20,392 nucleotides of DNA from Acidobacteriota bacterium (GCA_036507075.1 DASXQR010000093.1:1-20392), one strand, 5' to 3'; shown: positions 1-7,775, counted from the stretch's first letter. Made by a program: numbers and translations. Notes: generated from the letters alone by a model not told the origin.

Positions 1-44
1 CATCTTTCACGCCGCAGCGACCCGCCGCCGGCCGTAATCTTCAC

Positions 45-133
45 GGGGTCAGGTCTTCAAAATTCATTTTTTACAAATAGTCCTACTTCGCCTTTCTAAA
101 TCATCAAAAAGTGAATTCTGAAGACCTGACCCC
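45..133. repeat. 28-bp imperfect inverted repeat around a 33-nt AT-rich spacer (MITE/REP-like)
   Basis: GGGGTCAGGTCTTCAAAATTCATTTTTT (45-72) and AAAAAGTGAATTCTGAAGACCTGACCCC (106-133) are complementary at 26 of 28 positions. Confidence 0.85.
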
Positions 134-251
134 ATACTACCTGGTGCAGACGTCCGAGCCAGGTCTGCTTCTGATCCTCAGGCAGGTTGCTTGTCGGCAC
201 GCTCTCATAGCAGAAGCTGCGCAGAGAGCTGAAAAATAGTCTCTGCTCACA

Positions 252-280
252 CTCGGCGTCCTCTGCGCCTCTGTGGTGAA
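252..280 (-). repeat. CRC-periodic (8-9 nt) short repeat
   Basis: Minus strand TTCAC-CACAGAGG-CGCAGAGGA-CGCCGAG; same architecture as 14676-14704 and 16012-16031. Confidence 0.65.
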
Positions 281-305
281 TCAACGTACGGCCATGCGCT
301 ACTCT

Positions 306-494
306 TCACTGCTTGACGTCGCCGAACTTCACCGAGCTCTCCACCGTAAACTTCTTATAATCCGAAAATTCGGCCGAGACGTCCTCGCGAATGCCCTTGA
401 ACAGCAACAGCCGCAGATTTGCTTCAATATGCGCGCGCACGGGAAGCCAGATCTCATTGTTGATCTTGGAAGTGGAGAGTTTGTGCCGGTGCGT
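306..494 (-). pseudogene. 3' fragment of an acidobacterial-type hypothetical exported protein
   Basis: Frame with no ATG: ...KINNEIWLPVRAHIEANLRLLLFKGIREDVSAEFSDYKKFTVESSVKFGDVKQ*. It resembles the C-terminus of a recurring hypothetical family (EIWLP...LLFK...SDYKKF). Bounded upstream by a TAA (495-497) inside the REP-like element. Confidence 0.6.
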
Positions 495-534
495 TTACAT
501 CGCGGAGAGACGGCCTGAGGGCCGTCTCAGGGAA
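493..534 (+). repeat. REP-like hairpin, copy 1
   Basis: GTTTACATC-GCGG-A-GAGACGGCC-TGAG-GGCCGTCTC-AGGGAA; perfect 9-bp stem (507-515/520-528). Three more copies lie at 11502-11619. Confidence 0.85.
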
Positions 535-675
535 TCGCGATTCTCTGCGCCGGTAAAGTTATCGTGCAGGAGCCGTCTTGCGGACATTTTCCAGAAAAGC
601 CCTCTCGTCCGGACGAGGCGAATCGGACGGCGTTTGAGCCATGCCGGCCGTGAAGACAGACGCAAGACGACAATC

Positions 676-712
676 TTCAGACGCCTGGCCCGTTTCGCTT
701 ATAATGCCGCGA
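676..712 (+). promoter_or_regulatory. sigma70-type promoter, probably leaderless
   Basis: TTCAGA (676-681), 18-nt spacer, TATAAT (700-705), then 6 nt to ATG 712; no Shine-Dalgarno. Confidence 0.5.
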
Positions 713-882
713 TGACTTTCATGCGATCCCGCCTTATCCGCCTCTGCAGCCTCTGTATTCTCTGCAGTTGGACAGCGGTTGCAGCACAAGAGCACGAACA
801 CGCCGCGCCGCCCAACGAGAAGCTCGGCACAGTGACGTTTGCGACGTCGTGCAGCCCCCTGCGAGTAAGAATTGGCCGCTGA
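712..882 (+). pseudogene. 5' fragment of a secreted protein (likely TPR-containing family), truncated at ~858
   Basis: MTFMRSRLIRLCSLCILCSWTAVAA|QEHEHAAPPNEKLGTVTFATSCSP is a signal peptide plus the 'EKLGTVxFxTSCSP' N-terminal motif I recall from much longer secreted proteins. The frame then runs into repeat DNA and stops. Confidence 0.7.
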
Positions 883-1046
883 TCTACACGGAAAACACGG
901 ATTAGTATCGGGGTCGAGGGATGGGCTCCATGACTGCAAAGTGTCAGCTTCGCCGGAATCGACGCCCATCCCACGACCCCGATACCATCAGCGTTGTCCG
1001 CGTAAATCGGCGGCTAGTTCCTCCAGTTTGTGAATAATTCAGGCTA
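858..1046. mobile_element. MITE-like palindromic element
   Basis: ~58-bp imperfect inverted arms 869-926 and 964-1020; the inner part TATCGGGGTCG(A/T)GGGATGGGC matches at 20 of 21. Outer CCTG (858) ... GTGAATAATTCAGG (1043) followed by CTAG. No ORF and no target-site duplication seen. Confidence 0.55.
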
Positions 1047-1116
1047 GTGGCGGTCAGAGTTCTCCACCAGAAATCGGGACAAGAATTCCGCAGCATTGAG
1101 TCGGGTCTGATTTCCT

Positions 1117-1143
1117 GTTAACAGTTCGCAGGAAGCCTGCGTC
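1117..1143 (+). promoter_or_regulatory. possible ECF-sigma promoter for the FG-GAP gene
   Basis: GTTAAC-N17-CGTC, matching the AAC...CGT pattern, about 40 nt upstream of ATG 1183. Confidence 0.3.
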
Positions 1144-1182
1144 CCTATTTGCAGTAGAAGATGTATAAAGGGAGTTTCACTC

Positions 1183-2400
1183 ATGATTCAGCCATACCTT
1201 GTCAATCTGGTCCTGGTTTTCACTGCGCTTGTCTTTCCGGCTTACTGCCCGTCTTGGACAGAGAACCTCGGCACTGCCATTAACCCGGGTATTGAAAGCG
1301 ACAACTCACCTCTCTTTTTCCCCGCTCCGGGCTCTCCCATCCCGCTTGGAGGTCCGCCGGGCAACATCCTGATGGGCGACGTCAATGGTGACGGAAAGCA
1401 GGACCTGGTTGCTTCTGTGGGAAGAGATCACAGCATCGTCATCCTGCTGGGCAATGGCCGAGGAACGTTTGTTCCCGCCGTCAGTTCGCCTCTAAGGTTC
1501 GATGTGGCCTTTGGTGAAATGGGCCTCGCTGATTTCAACGGTGACAAAAATCTTGATCTTGCGCTGGCCAGTCATGACAGCTACAACGTGACGGTGCTGC
1601 TCGGTAACGGCAAAGGAGGCTTCACGCCGGCGCCAGGATCTCCCTTCCCAGCCGGTCAAGGCAAAAAACCCCACACTCACGGCCTGGTCGTCGGTGATGT
1701 AAATCGTGATGGAAAGACCGATATCATTACCGCTAATAATGAAGACGGCAACATCGCCGTACTGCTCGGTGACGGCAAGGGCGGATTTCTTCGCGCTTCC
1801 GGATCGCCGTTCCGCGTGGGTCCCGGCCCTTATCCGATTGGCTTGGGAGACATCAACGGCGACGATCGCCTCGACGTTGTGGCGCCCAATACTGTTTCTA
1901 ACGGCACGGTGACCGTTCTGTTGGGAGATGGCAAAGGCGCTTTCACTGCTGCCCCGGCCTCACCGGCCAGCGTCGTTGCTCGTCCCTATTACGTGGCGAT
2001 TGGAGACCTGGATGGAAACGGTAAGCCCGACATTGCGGTGGCACATGATGACACTAGTCAGGTCTCAGTCCTGCTCGGCGATGGCAAGGGTCGTTTCCGG
2101 CCGGCGCCTGGATCTCTGCTGGATGTCGGGCATCGCGGCTTTGCAATCGTCCTGACAGACATGAACGGCGACGGAAAGCGCGACCTGGTCGAAGCCACCA
2201 ACAGCGATGTCACGGTTTTACTTGGCGACGGTCGCGGGCGGTTCCAGCCGGCACCCGGTTCCCCCTACCCTGCCGGCCCGGGCGCCTGGCGCCTGACTGT
2301 AGGCGATATTGACGGCGACGGCCAGCCGGATATCGCAGCGTCAAATCTCGAAGGGAACAGCATCACCCTGCTCATCCGCGCTCACGCACGCTCTCGTTAA
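1183..2400 (+). CDS. secreted FG-GAP/VCBS repeat protein (predicted 7-bladed beta-propeller)
   Basis: Hydrophobic N-terminus; seven Ca-binding-type loops (DVNGDG, DFNGDK, DVNRDG, DINGDD, DLDGNG, DMNGDG, DIDGDG) with VLLG(D/N)GKGxFxPAPGSP linkers; SD GGGAG upstream. Confidence 0.9.
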   Translation: MIQPYLVNLVLVFTALVFPAYCPSWTENLGTAINPGIESDNSPLFFPAPGSPIPLGGPPGNILMGDVNGDGKQDLVASVGRDHSIVILLGNGRGTFVPAVSSPLRFDVAFGEMGLADFNGDKNLDLALASHDSYNVTVLLGNGKGGFTPAPGSPFPAGQGKKPHTHGLVVGDVNRDGKTDIITANNEDGNIAVLLGDGKGGFLRASGSPFRVGPGPYPIGLGDINGDDRLDVVAPNTVSNGTVTVLLGDGKGAFTAAPASPASVVARPYYVAIGDLDGNGKPDIAVAHDDTSQVSVLLGDGKGRFRPAPGSLLDVGHRGFAIVLTDMNGDGKRDLVEATNSDVTVLLGDGRGRFQPAPGSPYPAGPGAWRLTVGDIDGDGQPDIAASNLEGNSITLLIRAHARSR

Positions 2401-2533
2401 ACCAAATTGATCACATGATTCATCTCAATCCAACATTTACAAAATATTGCAGGCCACATCCGGATCTTCGCGGTCCGATGGCGCGCTCCCGCGGCCAATC
2501 GTGCCACGTTTTCACCCCTTCCTTTCAATTCGA

Positions 2534-3571
2534 TTAACCTGGTGGCAACTTGACCGGTGCTGGAGGACGGTACCCCCTGCGGGCCCTGACGTTTACACCG
2601 TTGCGGTGAACTCTCAATCGAATTCGCCGGTAGCCGGTGTCGGTGAACGAGCGCGTAGGATAGTAGCCGATCGTGTACTGACGCTTGAGATCGGCGGAAA
2701 TTGCGTCTACGGCACGCCGAAGTTCTTCATCTGATCGGGGGAAAAAAGCTTCCGTTCCACTTTCCTGGGCAAGGCGCTTGAAAACGTGACGCGGATTGTC
2801 GATTTGCACCCCGTCAGATCGTAATACAGTTGGCCCATTGGCACGAAATAACTCGTCTTCCGCCGCGCTGAAATAACCGATCACATACACTTGGCCGTGC
2901 CAGGCCTGAACCGCATCTATGACTTGGTCCAGCTTTGCCACGCTGTGCTGGTCGGCGCCGTCAGTGATCACAACCATCGCTTGGCGCGAGTGTCGAGCGC
3001 GGTCGAAACGTTCCAGACCGGTCAAAAGAGCGTCGTATATCCGCGTACCTCCGCCGAGCTCCGTTTTGCCAATCGCCGATTCTACCTGCATGCGATCTGT
3101 CGTGAAGCCGGCTTGAACATCCACGCGATGATCAAAGGCGACGTAGAGAAAATCATCCTTGTCGTGGCCCGCACGTACCAGTGAAAGAGCCGCACTTTTG
3201 GCACGCTGCAGCTTTTCGCCCTCCTGCATGCTGTCGCTTCTGTCCATCAGGATGCTCAAACTCACAGGCTGCTCCTGTTCTGAAAAAAAGGACATGGTTT
3301 GCGGAACATCATCCTCGAATATAGAAAAGTCTTCGGGCTTTAAGTGAGGTATTTCGTGCCCTCGCTTGTCCGTCACTCGCGCGCCGATGGTCACCATCGT
3401 CACTCGAACACGAATGACGGAATGTTGTGGTATCTCTTGGGCGAGTGTGATGATCACCAGAAGGCCCAGTATTAAAGCGAATGAGCTCAAGGAGGACTGA
3501 CGTTGAAGCCCCAGCTGGGTGCGTTTGAAATGTCCGGTGCGGCAGACGCGGGAAAACCGTGAATATCGCAT
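2534..3571 (-). CDS. VWA domain protein (VWFA-related acidobacterial type); start codon uncertain
   Basis: Signal/TM segment, 'VTDKRG...L..EDF.IFED...Q', MIDAS motif DRSDS...T...ITDG, C-terminal QYTIGYYP...YRRIRLRV...VRARRGY. Confidence 0.9.
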   Translation of the reverse strand: MRYSRFSRVCRTGHFKRTQLGLQRQSSLSSFALILGLLVIITLAQEIPQHSVIRVRVTMVTIGARVTDKRGHEIPHLKPEDFSIFEDDVPQTMSFFSEQEQPVSLSILMDRSDSMQEGEKLQRAKSAALSLVRAGHDKDDFLYVAFDHRVDVQAGFTTDRMQVESAIGKTELGGGTRIYDALLTGLERFDRARHSRQAMVVITDGADQHSVAKLDQVIDAVQAWHGQVYVIGYFSAAEDELFRANGPTVLRSDGVQIDNPRHVFKRLAQESGTEAFFPRSDEELRRAVDAISADLKRQYTIGYYPTRSFTDTGYRRIRLRVHRNGVNVRARRGYRPPAPVKLPPG

Positions 3572-3578
3572 TTACCGT

Positions 3579-4213
3579 TCATTGAGATTTAGGACGGTAT
3601 ACCTGCAGGTAGACCGTGGTGCTCTTGCCGCCCAGTCTGGGCAGCCACAGAAGACCCCTCCAGGCCTGGCCCTGACTGTCGCTGAAAGTCCAATCAACTG
3701 ATTTCAACCGGCTTTCGTTTTCTTCGCTCACTCGCTTCCAACCAGCCGCTTCGAGTTGGGCGGCATAATGCGAGATCAACGCAGCACCATCAAGATCCGT
3801 CTGCACATCCAAGGTATTGCTCGAGTCTTCAAGACTCTTCGAGACATTTGCCCCATAGCCTGTTCGCTTTCGCGCGCCCGGCTATGCCAGCCGTGCAGTT
3901 TGAGAGTTTCGGAAAGGAATTTCTGCGTTTCGTCCAGCGGCAGCGGGACATCCACGAACGACGTGGTGGAAAAGGAATTCACCAAAGTTCCGATGATCCG
4001 CGAACCGGGGGGCAAGTCCAGACTCTTCGCCACGTCTTCCCCGAGTTGGCCCGGAATCAGCCGGGGAGTCTCAGACCCAGACATCCACACAATACGAGTG
4101 GCCAACTCGACAAGCAGATCGACATCTTTGGTCTGCGCGACAAGCCTTGAATTTACGAGAATAGTTGAAAGCAGAATGAGAAGAAGTAACTGCCGGACTG
4201 TGCCGTCTCGCAT
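3579..4213 (-). pseudogene. exported hypothetical protein split by a frameshift, probably an internal deletion near 3884
   Basis: SD GGAAGGAG, ATG 4213 and a signal peptide. Frame 1 is protein-like up to ...LKLHGW. Frame 2 opens after the TAG at 3882-3884 as PGARKRTGYG...TDLDGAALISHYAAQLEAAGW... and stops at 3579, 8 nt before the VWA ORF. Confidence 0.6.
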
Positions 4214-4279
4214 AGCACATCTCCTTCCAATTGGTGCGCGTCAGCTAACATAAGATACCTCAAAATGCCGGAAAGCTGT

Positions 4280-4330
4280 CCGTGGGCTTACGCGCCCCGC
4301 CTACAATTCTTCGCGCCCGCTTCGCTGGCT
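4280..4330 (-). repeat. degenerate GTAG-type REP element
   Basis: Minus strand AGCCAGC-GAA-GCGGGC...GTAG-GCG-GGGC-GCGTAA-GCCC-ACGG: a GTAG tetranucleotide followed by a short palindrome. Confidence 0.45.
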
Positions 4331-4352
4331 TCATCGAATTATGGCCTGGCTT

Positions 4353-4476
4353 GGCTTGGCCGTCTTCCCTCTCACCATCAGGGGCTTGGCCGTCTTCCGT
4401 CTTCCTTCATTCTTCCCTTCTTCCTTCTTCCCTCTCCCTCTCACCATCAGTTCTTCCCTCTCCCTCTCACCATCAG
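4353..4476. repeat. pyrimidine-rich CTTCCCT-type tract with an exact 26-nt tandem duplication
   Basis: TTCTTCCCTCTCCCTCTCACCATCAG at 4425-4450 and 4451-4476; partial third copy at 4363-4381; GGCTTGGCCGTCTTCC at 4353-4368 and 4383-4398. Confidence 0.9.
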
Positions 4477-4790
4477 AGCGTGTAAACGGCCGATACCATT
4501 GCAGAAGATTTGCAAGCGGTGCTGTTTTCAATGCGCGTAGTGCTGCTTGTTGTATCCGCCGTAGTGGCCGTTATTGCGTTGCTGCGAACTCGCACGAGCG
4601 GCAAGAGGTGATGTCTTACAACGGTTGCAATGGGTGATGTTGACACTGCAAACCTTGCCCTCGTTGCAAGCGCTTAAAGCCCTGGGATAAATCGCAGCAG
4701 GCAGACCCTCAGCGGACAGCGTTCCTGCCCACCAGAAAACAGTACCGCTCCATTCAGATTTCAATTCTGGCAGGTATTTATGTCTCGTCT

Positions 4791-4856
4791 GCGTGAGAGG
4801 CATCAATTTGCATTTTTGCGTGAGAGGCATCAATTTGCATTTTTCAATTTGCATTT
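4791..4856. repeat. exact 27-nt tandem duplication containing CAATTTG/CATTTTT heptamers
   Basis: GCGTGAGAGGCATCAATTTGCATTTTT at 4791-4817 and 4818-4844, then CAATTTGCATTT. Confidence 0.9.
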
Positions 4857-5017
4857 CTACGTCAGCGCATGGGCAAAGATGGCGACGAAACTTGGAAACG
4901 CGTTGTCACCCTCTGCACAGAGCAGTGTCGTGGATCAGTCGTTAGTTGGCTCCGGCGGAGGGCATCCGTTCATCGGGCGCGAAACAGGTTTGACCACTGA
5001 GCGCACGAGATAGCCGG

Positions 5018-6379
5018 CTATTCTCGTAGTGAGGGTGCGGACAGTACCAGGCGGATTTCTACGTCATCTTTTCCACTTGGAACCTGAAAAGTCTGCGTCT
5101 TTGAGATGCGTCTTTCGAAAGACGGTTTCGATCCACGCAGATTGTCGACCCAGTAGCGAGCCGAAATCGCGTAGTCCCGTTCCTGGTAGCCTGTAAAATC
5201 GTAAACACCGTTATGGTTTTCTCCCTCAAGGTTTTTCAGCAGACTATCTTTATTGAATATTTGAAGAAGATTTGCACCCGGCGCGGATCCATCCGGCCAC
5301 GTCACCACGATTCGCATTCGCCGCTTATGATGAGGCGTCCCTAAGGCGAAAAGCAGGTTATCCTGCGACTGTTGGGGCTCCAGCTTAATAACCGTTGCCT
5401 GGATTTGATCATCCACGCCAGGGAAGTATCGGGTGCCGTATTCTGAGTTTTCGGAGGGCCGGCCGCCCCAGAGCTCATAGCCGACAAGATACTCACCCGA
5501 CGGCAGATCCTCAAATCGAAAAACACCGCTGGTGTCTGTCTGTTTCCAGAATTGAGAACTTATATACCAGGTTCCGGTAGTGTTCTTACGGAGCAGTTCC
5601 ACCCTCGTGCGCGGCATAGGCCGACCCAGGTGATCCAGCAGCATGCCGGAAATCCGTGACTTTGCATCCAAATGTATGAATACCTCGCGGCATAATCCTT
5701 CCATAACTTCAACGTCGTACCAGGCGCGTTTTGGTGTGTAGGACTCGAGTCGTGCCGACACTTGATACCGGCCAGGCGGCACTCCTTCGAACTTGAAGCT
5801 ACCGTCCGACTCAGACGAAGCCACAAACCTATTCAAAGAATTTTGCAACATCACGACCGCACCCGCCAGGGGAGCGCCTTCGTCCGGCCCGGGACGCCAC
5901 AAGCCAGGCACGTACTGCAGAACCGCCCCATGGATAGTAGTTTGCGCTTCACCCCTGAGATAATTATCCAGGAATTGAATATCTTCTCCTGCCGCGGACG
6001 CGCGACGAGATCCAGAACACCCGCCGGAAATCACCACACCCAGTGAATCTGACAATGGGGATGCAAGAACGAGAAAGCTGACGCCCGTGGGGTATTCCGT
6101 CTGGCAAGAGGTGAAGTTATCCGGGTTTACCAGGATCTCGCGCGTGTCGGGCGGCAAACCTTTGTACACTTTTTCGACGCTGAAACGGTAAAGAAAAGCT
6201 GGCGGATATGCAGGGTCTGGCACCCTCTCCAGACTCGTCCCCAGAAATACAACATGTGTTTTGCTAAAGAGCTCGCAAACCGGAGCTGAGACCGAGGGCC
6301 CACAACTGCACGCAAAAAGCTGGGCGGGTCTGCCTGCCATTAACACTGCCAATGCGATTATGCACCAGATACGTCTCAT
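5018..6379 (-). CDS. secreted protein: TIMP/NTR-like N-terminal domain plus carboxypeptidase-regulatory-like beta-sandwich repeats
   Basis: Start reassigned to ATG 6379 (SD GGAGAGG). Signal peptide ...QLFA|CSC; 'VVFLG...YRFSVEKVYKG...TSC...FLV...CSGS'; two 'G.F.FE.(V/L)P.G.Y' modules. Confidence 0.8.
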   Translation of the reverse strand: MRRIWCIIALAVLMAGRPAQLFACSCGPSVSAPVCELFSKTHVVFLGTSLERVPDPAYPPAFLYRFSVEKVYKGLPPDTREILVNPDNFTSCQTEYPTGVSFLVLASPLSDSLGVVISGGCSGSRRASAAGEDIQFLDNYLRGEAQTTIHGAVLQYVPGLWRPGPDEGAPLAGAVVMLQNSLNRFVASSESDGSFKFEGVPPGRYQVSARLESYTPKRAWYDVEVMEGLCREVFIHLDAKSRISGMLLDHLGRPMPRTRVELLRKNTTGTWYISSQFWKQTDTSGVFRFEDLPSGEYLVGYELWGGRPSENSEYGTRYFPGVDDQIQATVIKLEPQQSQDNLLFALGTPHHKRRMRIVVTWPDGSAPGANLLQIFNKDSLLKNLEGENHNGVYDFTGYQERDYAISARYWVDNLRGSKPSFERRISKTQTFQVPSGKDDVEIRLVLSAPSLRE

Positions 6380-6686
6380 CAGCACCTCTCCAGAATCCAG
6401 AATCGCAACCCTCCATCGAACAGAGCTGACAACTAAGGATAGAAAAAGTTCCACTTGATTTGCATCGACTCTGTAATTCGCGGCCCAGCCGACCGGGTTT
6501 GCAAGTAACTACACTCATTTGACGGCAATGTGGAAACAAGTGTTCCGAAAAAAGTGCGCTGTACTCTCCACGGCGAAAGACTTTTCCATTCGTACCTTCG
6601 GCACCGATTGTCACGAAGGCGACATTTCGCCGGCCTGACGAAGCGCAAGCCGGGATGTGGTAATATTTGGCGCAGTTCGCCCGCCT

Positions 6687-7775
6687 ATGAACAGACGGTT
6701 TGTGCGGTTCAATTTATTACTGGCTGTCGTGCTTCTTTCGGCGCTGTCGGTGGCGCAAGACCGCCGGCTCTCGCCTGAAAAGATCGAGCTGATCGAAAAG
6801 GCGATCACGACCGAGATGGCCCGCCAGAATATTCCCGGCCTCGCGGTTGCCGTCGTGCTGGACAACACATTGCAGTGGTCTAATGGTTACGGGTTTTCCG
6901 ATCTGGAAAACTTCGTTCCCGCCAAGGCGACAACGGTTTATCGCCTGGGGTCGATTTCCAAGCCGATCACTGCCGTCGCCGCCATGCAACTGGTGGAGCG
7001 GGGAAAGCTGGATTTAGACGCACCTGTGCAGAAGTACGTCCCGTCCTTTCCGCAGAAGCCGTGGCCGATCACCGCGCGCCTCCTGTTGTCGCACATGAGC
7101 GGAATCCGGCACTATAAAGGAGAGGAGATAAGCATCACCCGGCACTACGACAACCTTGTCGAAGGGTTGCGGATCTTCCAGGATGACGCGCTTCTGTTTG
7201 AACCAGGGACACGCTATTCCTACAGCACCTACGCCTACAATCTTCTCGGCTGTGTGATCGAAGGCGCGTCGGGTCTTCGATATCCCGATTACGTGCGCGA
7301 GAACATCTTCAAACCCGCCGGCATGGACCGCATTCGGGTGAATGATCTGTTTGAAATCATTCCGAACCGCGCTCAGGGCTACCGTAAGACTGCATCAGGG
7401 GAACTGCGCAATTCAGGGCTTGCGGACACCAGCTACAAGATCCCGGGCGGCGGATTTTGCTCGACCGTCGGGGATCTGGCTAAATTTGCGATTGCCGTGC
7501 AGAAGGGCACTCTTCTTAACCGCGAATCCTTGCGCCAGATGTGGACGCGCCAAAAGACGCGCGGCGACGAGGCTGTCGACTATGGCCTCGGCTTTGCAGT
7601 GACCGAAAAAAATGGCCGCTTGTGGGTGGGGCATGGCGGCGGGCAGCAGCGCATCACCACTTTTCTTTCCATGATCCCGGAGCGAAACGCGGCGGCCGTG
7701 GTCATGACGAATCTGGAAGGGGCCTCCGACCTCCCCAACTTCAGTTACCGTCTGCTTGAAATCGCGTTGAATTGA
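6687..7775 (+). CDS. secreted serine hydrolase, beta-lactamase class C/peptidase S12-like
   Basis: Signal peptide from ATG 6687; IPGLAVAV, SxxK (GSISK), LLSHMSGI, FEPGTRYSYST (YxN-equivalent, here YST), HGGG. Substrate cannot be inferred. Confidence 0.9.
   Translation: MNRRFVRFNLLLAVVLLSALSVAQDRRLSPEKIELIEKAITTEMARQNIPGLAVAVVLDNTLQWSNGYGFSDLENFVPAKATTVYRLGSISKPITAVAAMQLVERGKLDLDAPVQKYVPSFPQKPWPITARLLLSHMSGIRHYKGEEISITRHYDNLVEGLRIFQDDALLFEPGTRYSYSTYAYNLLGCVIEGASGLRYPDYVRENIFKPAGMDRIRVNDLFEIIPNRAQGYRKTASGELRNSGLADTSYKIPGGGFCSTVGDLAKFAIAVQKGTLLNRESLRQMWTRQKTRGDEAVDYGLGFAVTEKNGRLWVGHGGGQQRITTFLSMIPERNAAAVVMTNLEGASDLPNFSYRLLEIALN

Noticed and set aside
273..882. ORFs 273-518 and 391-882 as real genes
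   Set aside because: They are the antisense of the minus-strand fragment and run through a REP; only 712-858 looks protein-like.
4230..4340. Integron attC site
   Set aside because: GTTAGCT only approximates GTTRRRY, and no complementary RYYYAAC box or L-box hairpin was found.
4481..4488. TGTAAACG shared with the REP leader, as a fifth element end
   Set aside because: No hairpin is attached, and the same 8-mer occurs inside coding genes (near 2590 and 10449), so chance is likely.
4353..4856. CRISPR array suggested by the 26- and 27-nt direct repeats
   Set aside because: The repeats are directly adjacent without unique spacers, occur in only 2-3 copies, and no cas genes are present.
4265..5013. 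Short ORFs at 4265-4540, 4282-4485, 4331-4531, 4341-4637, 4528-4854 and 4780-5013
   Set aside because: Translations of low-complexity repeats; their peptide repeats simply mirror the DNA duplications.
6687..7775. Bona fide AmpC beta-lactamase or resistance gene
   Set aside because: YST and HGG replace YxN and KTG; typical of the broad serine-hydrolase family, so no gene symbol was assigned.
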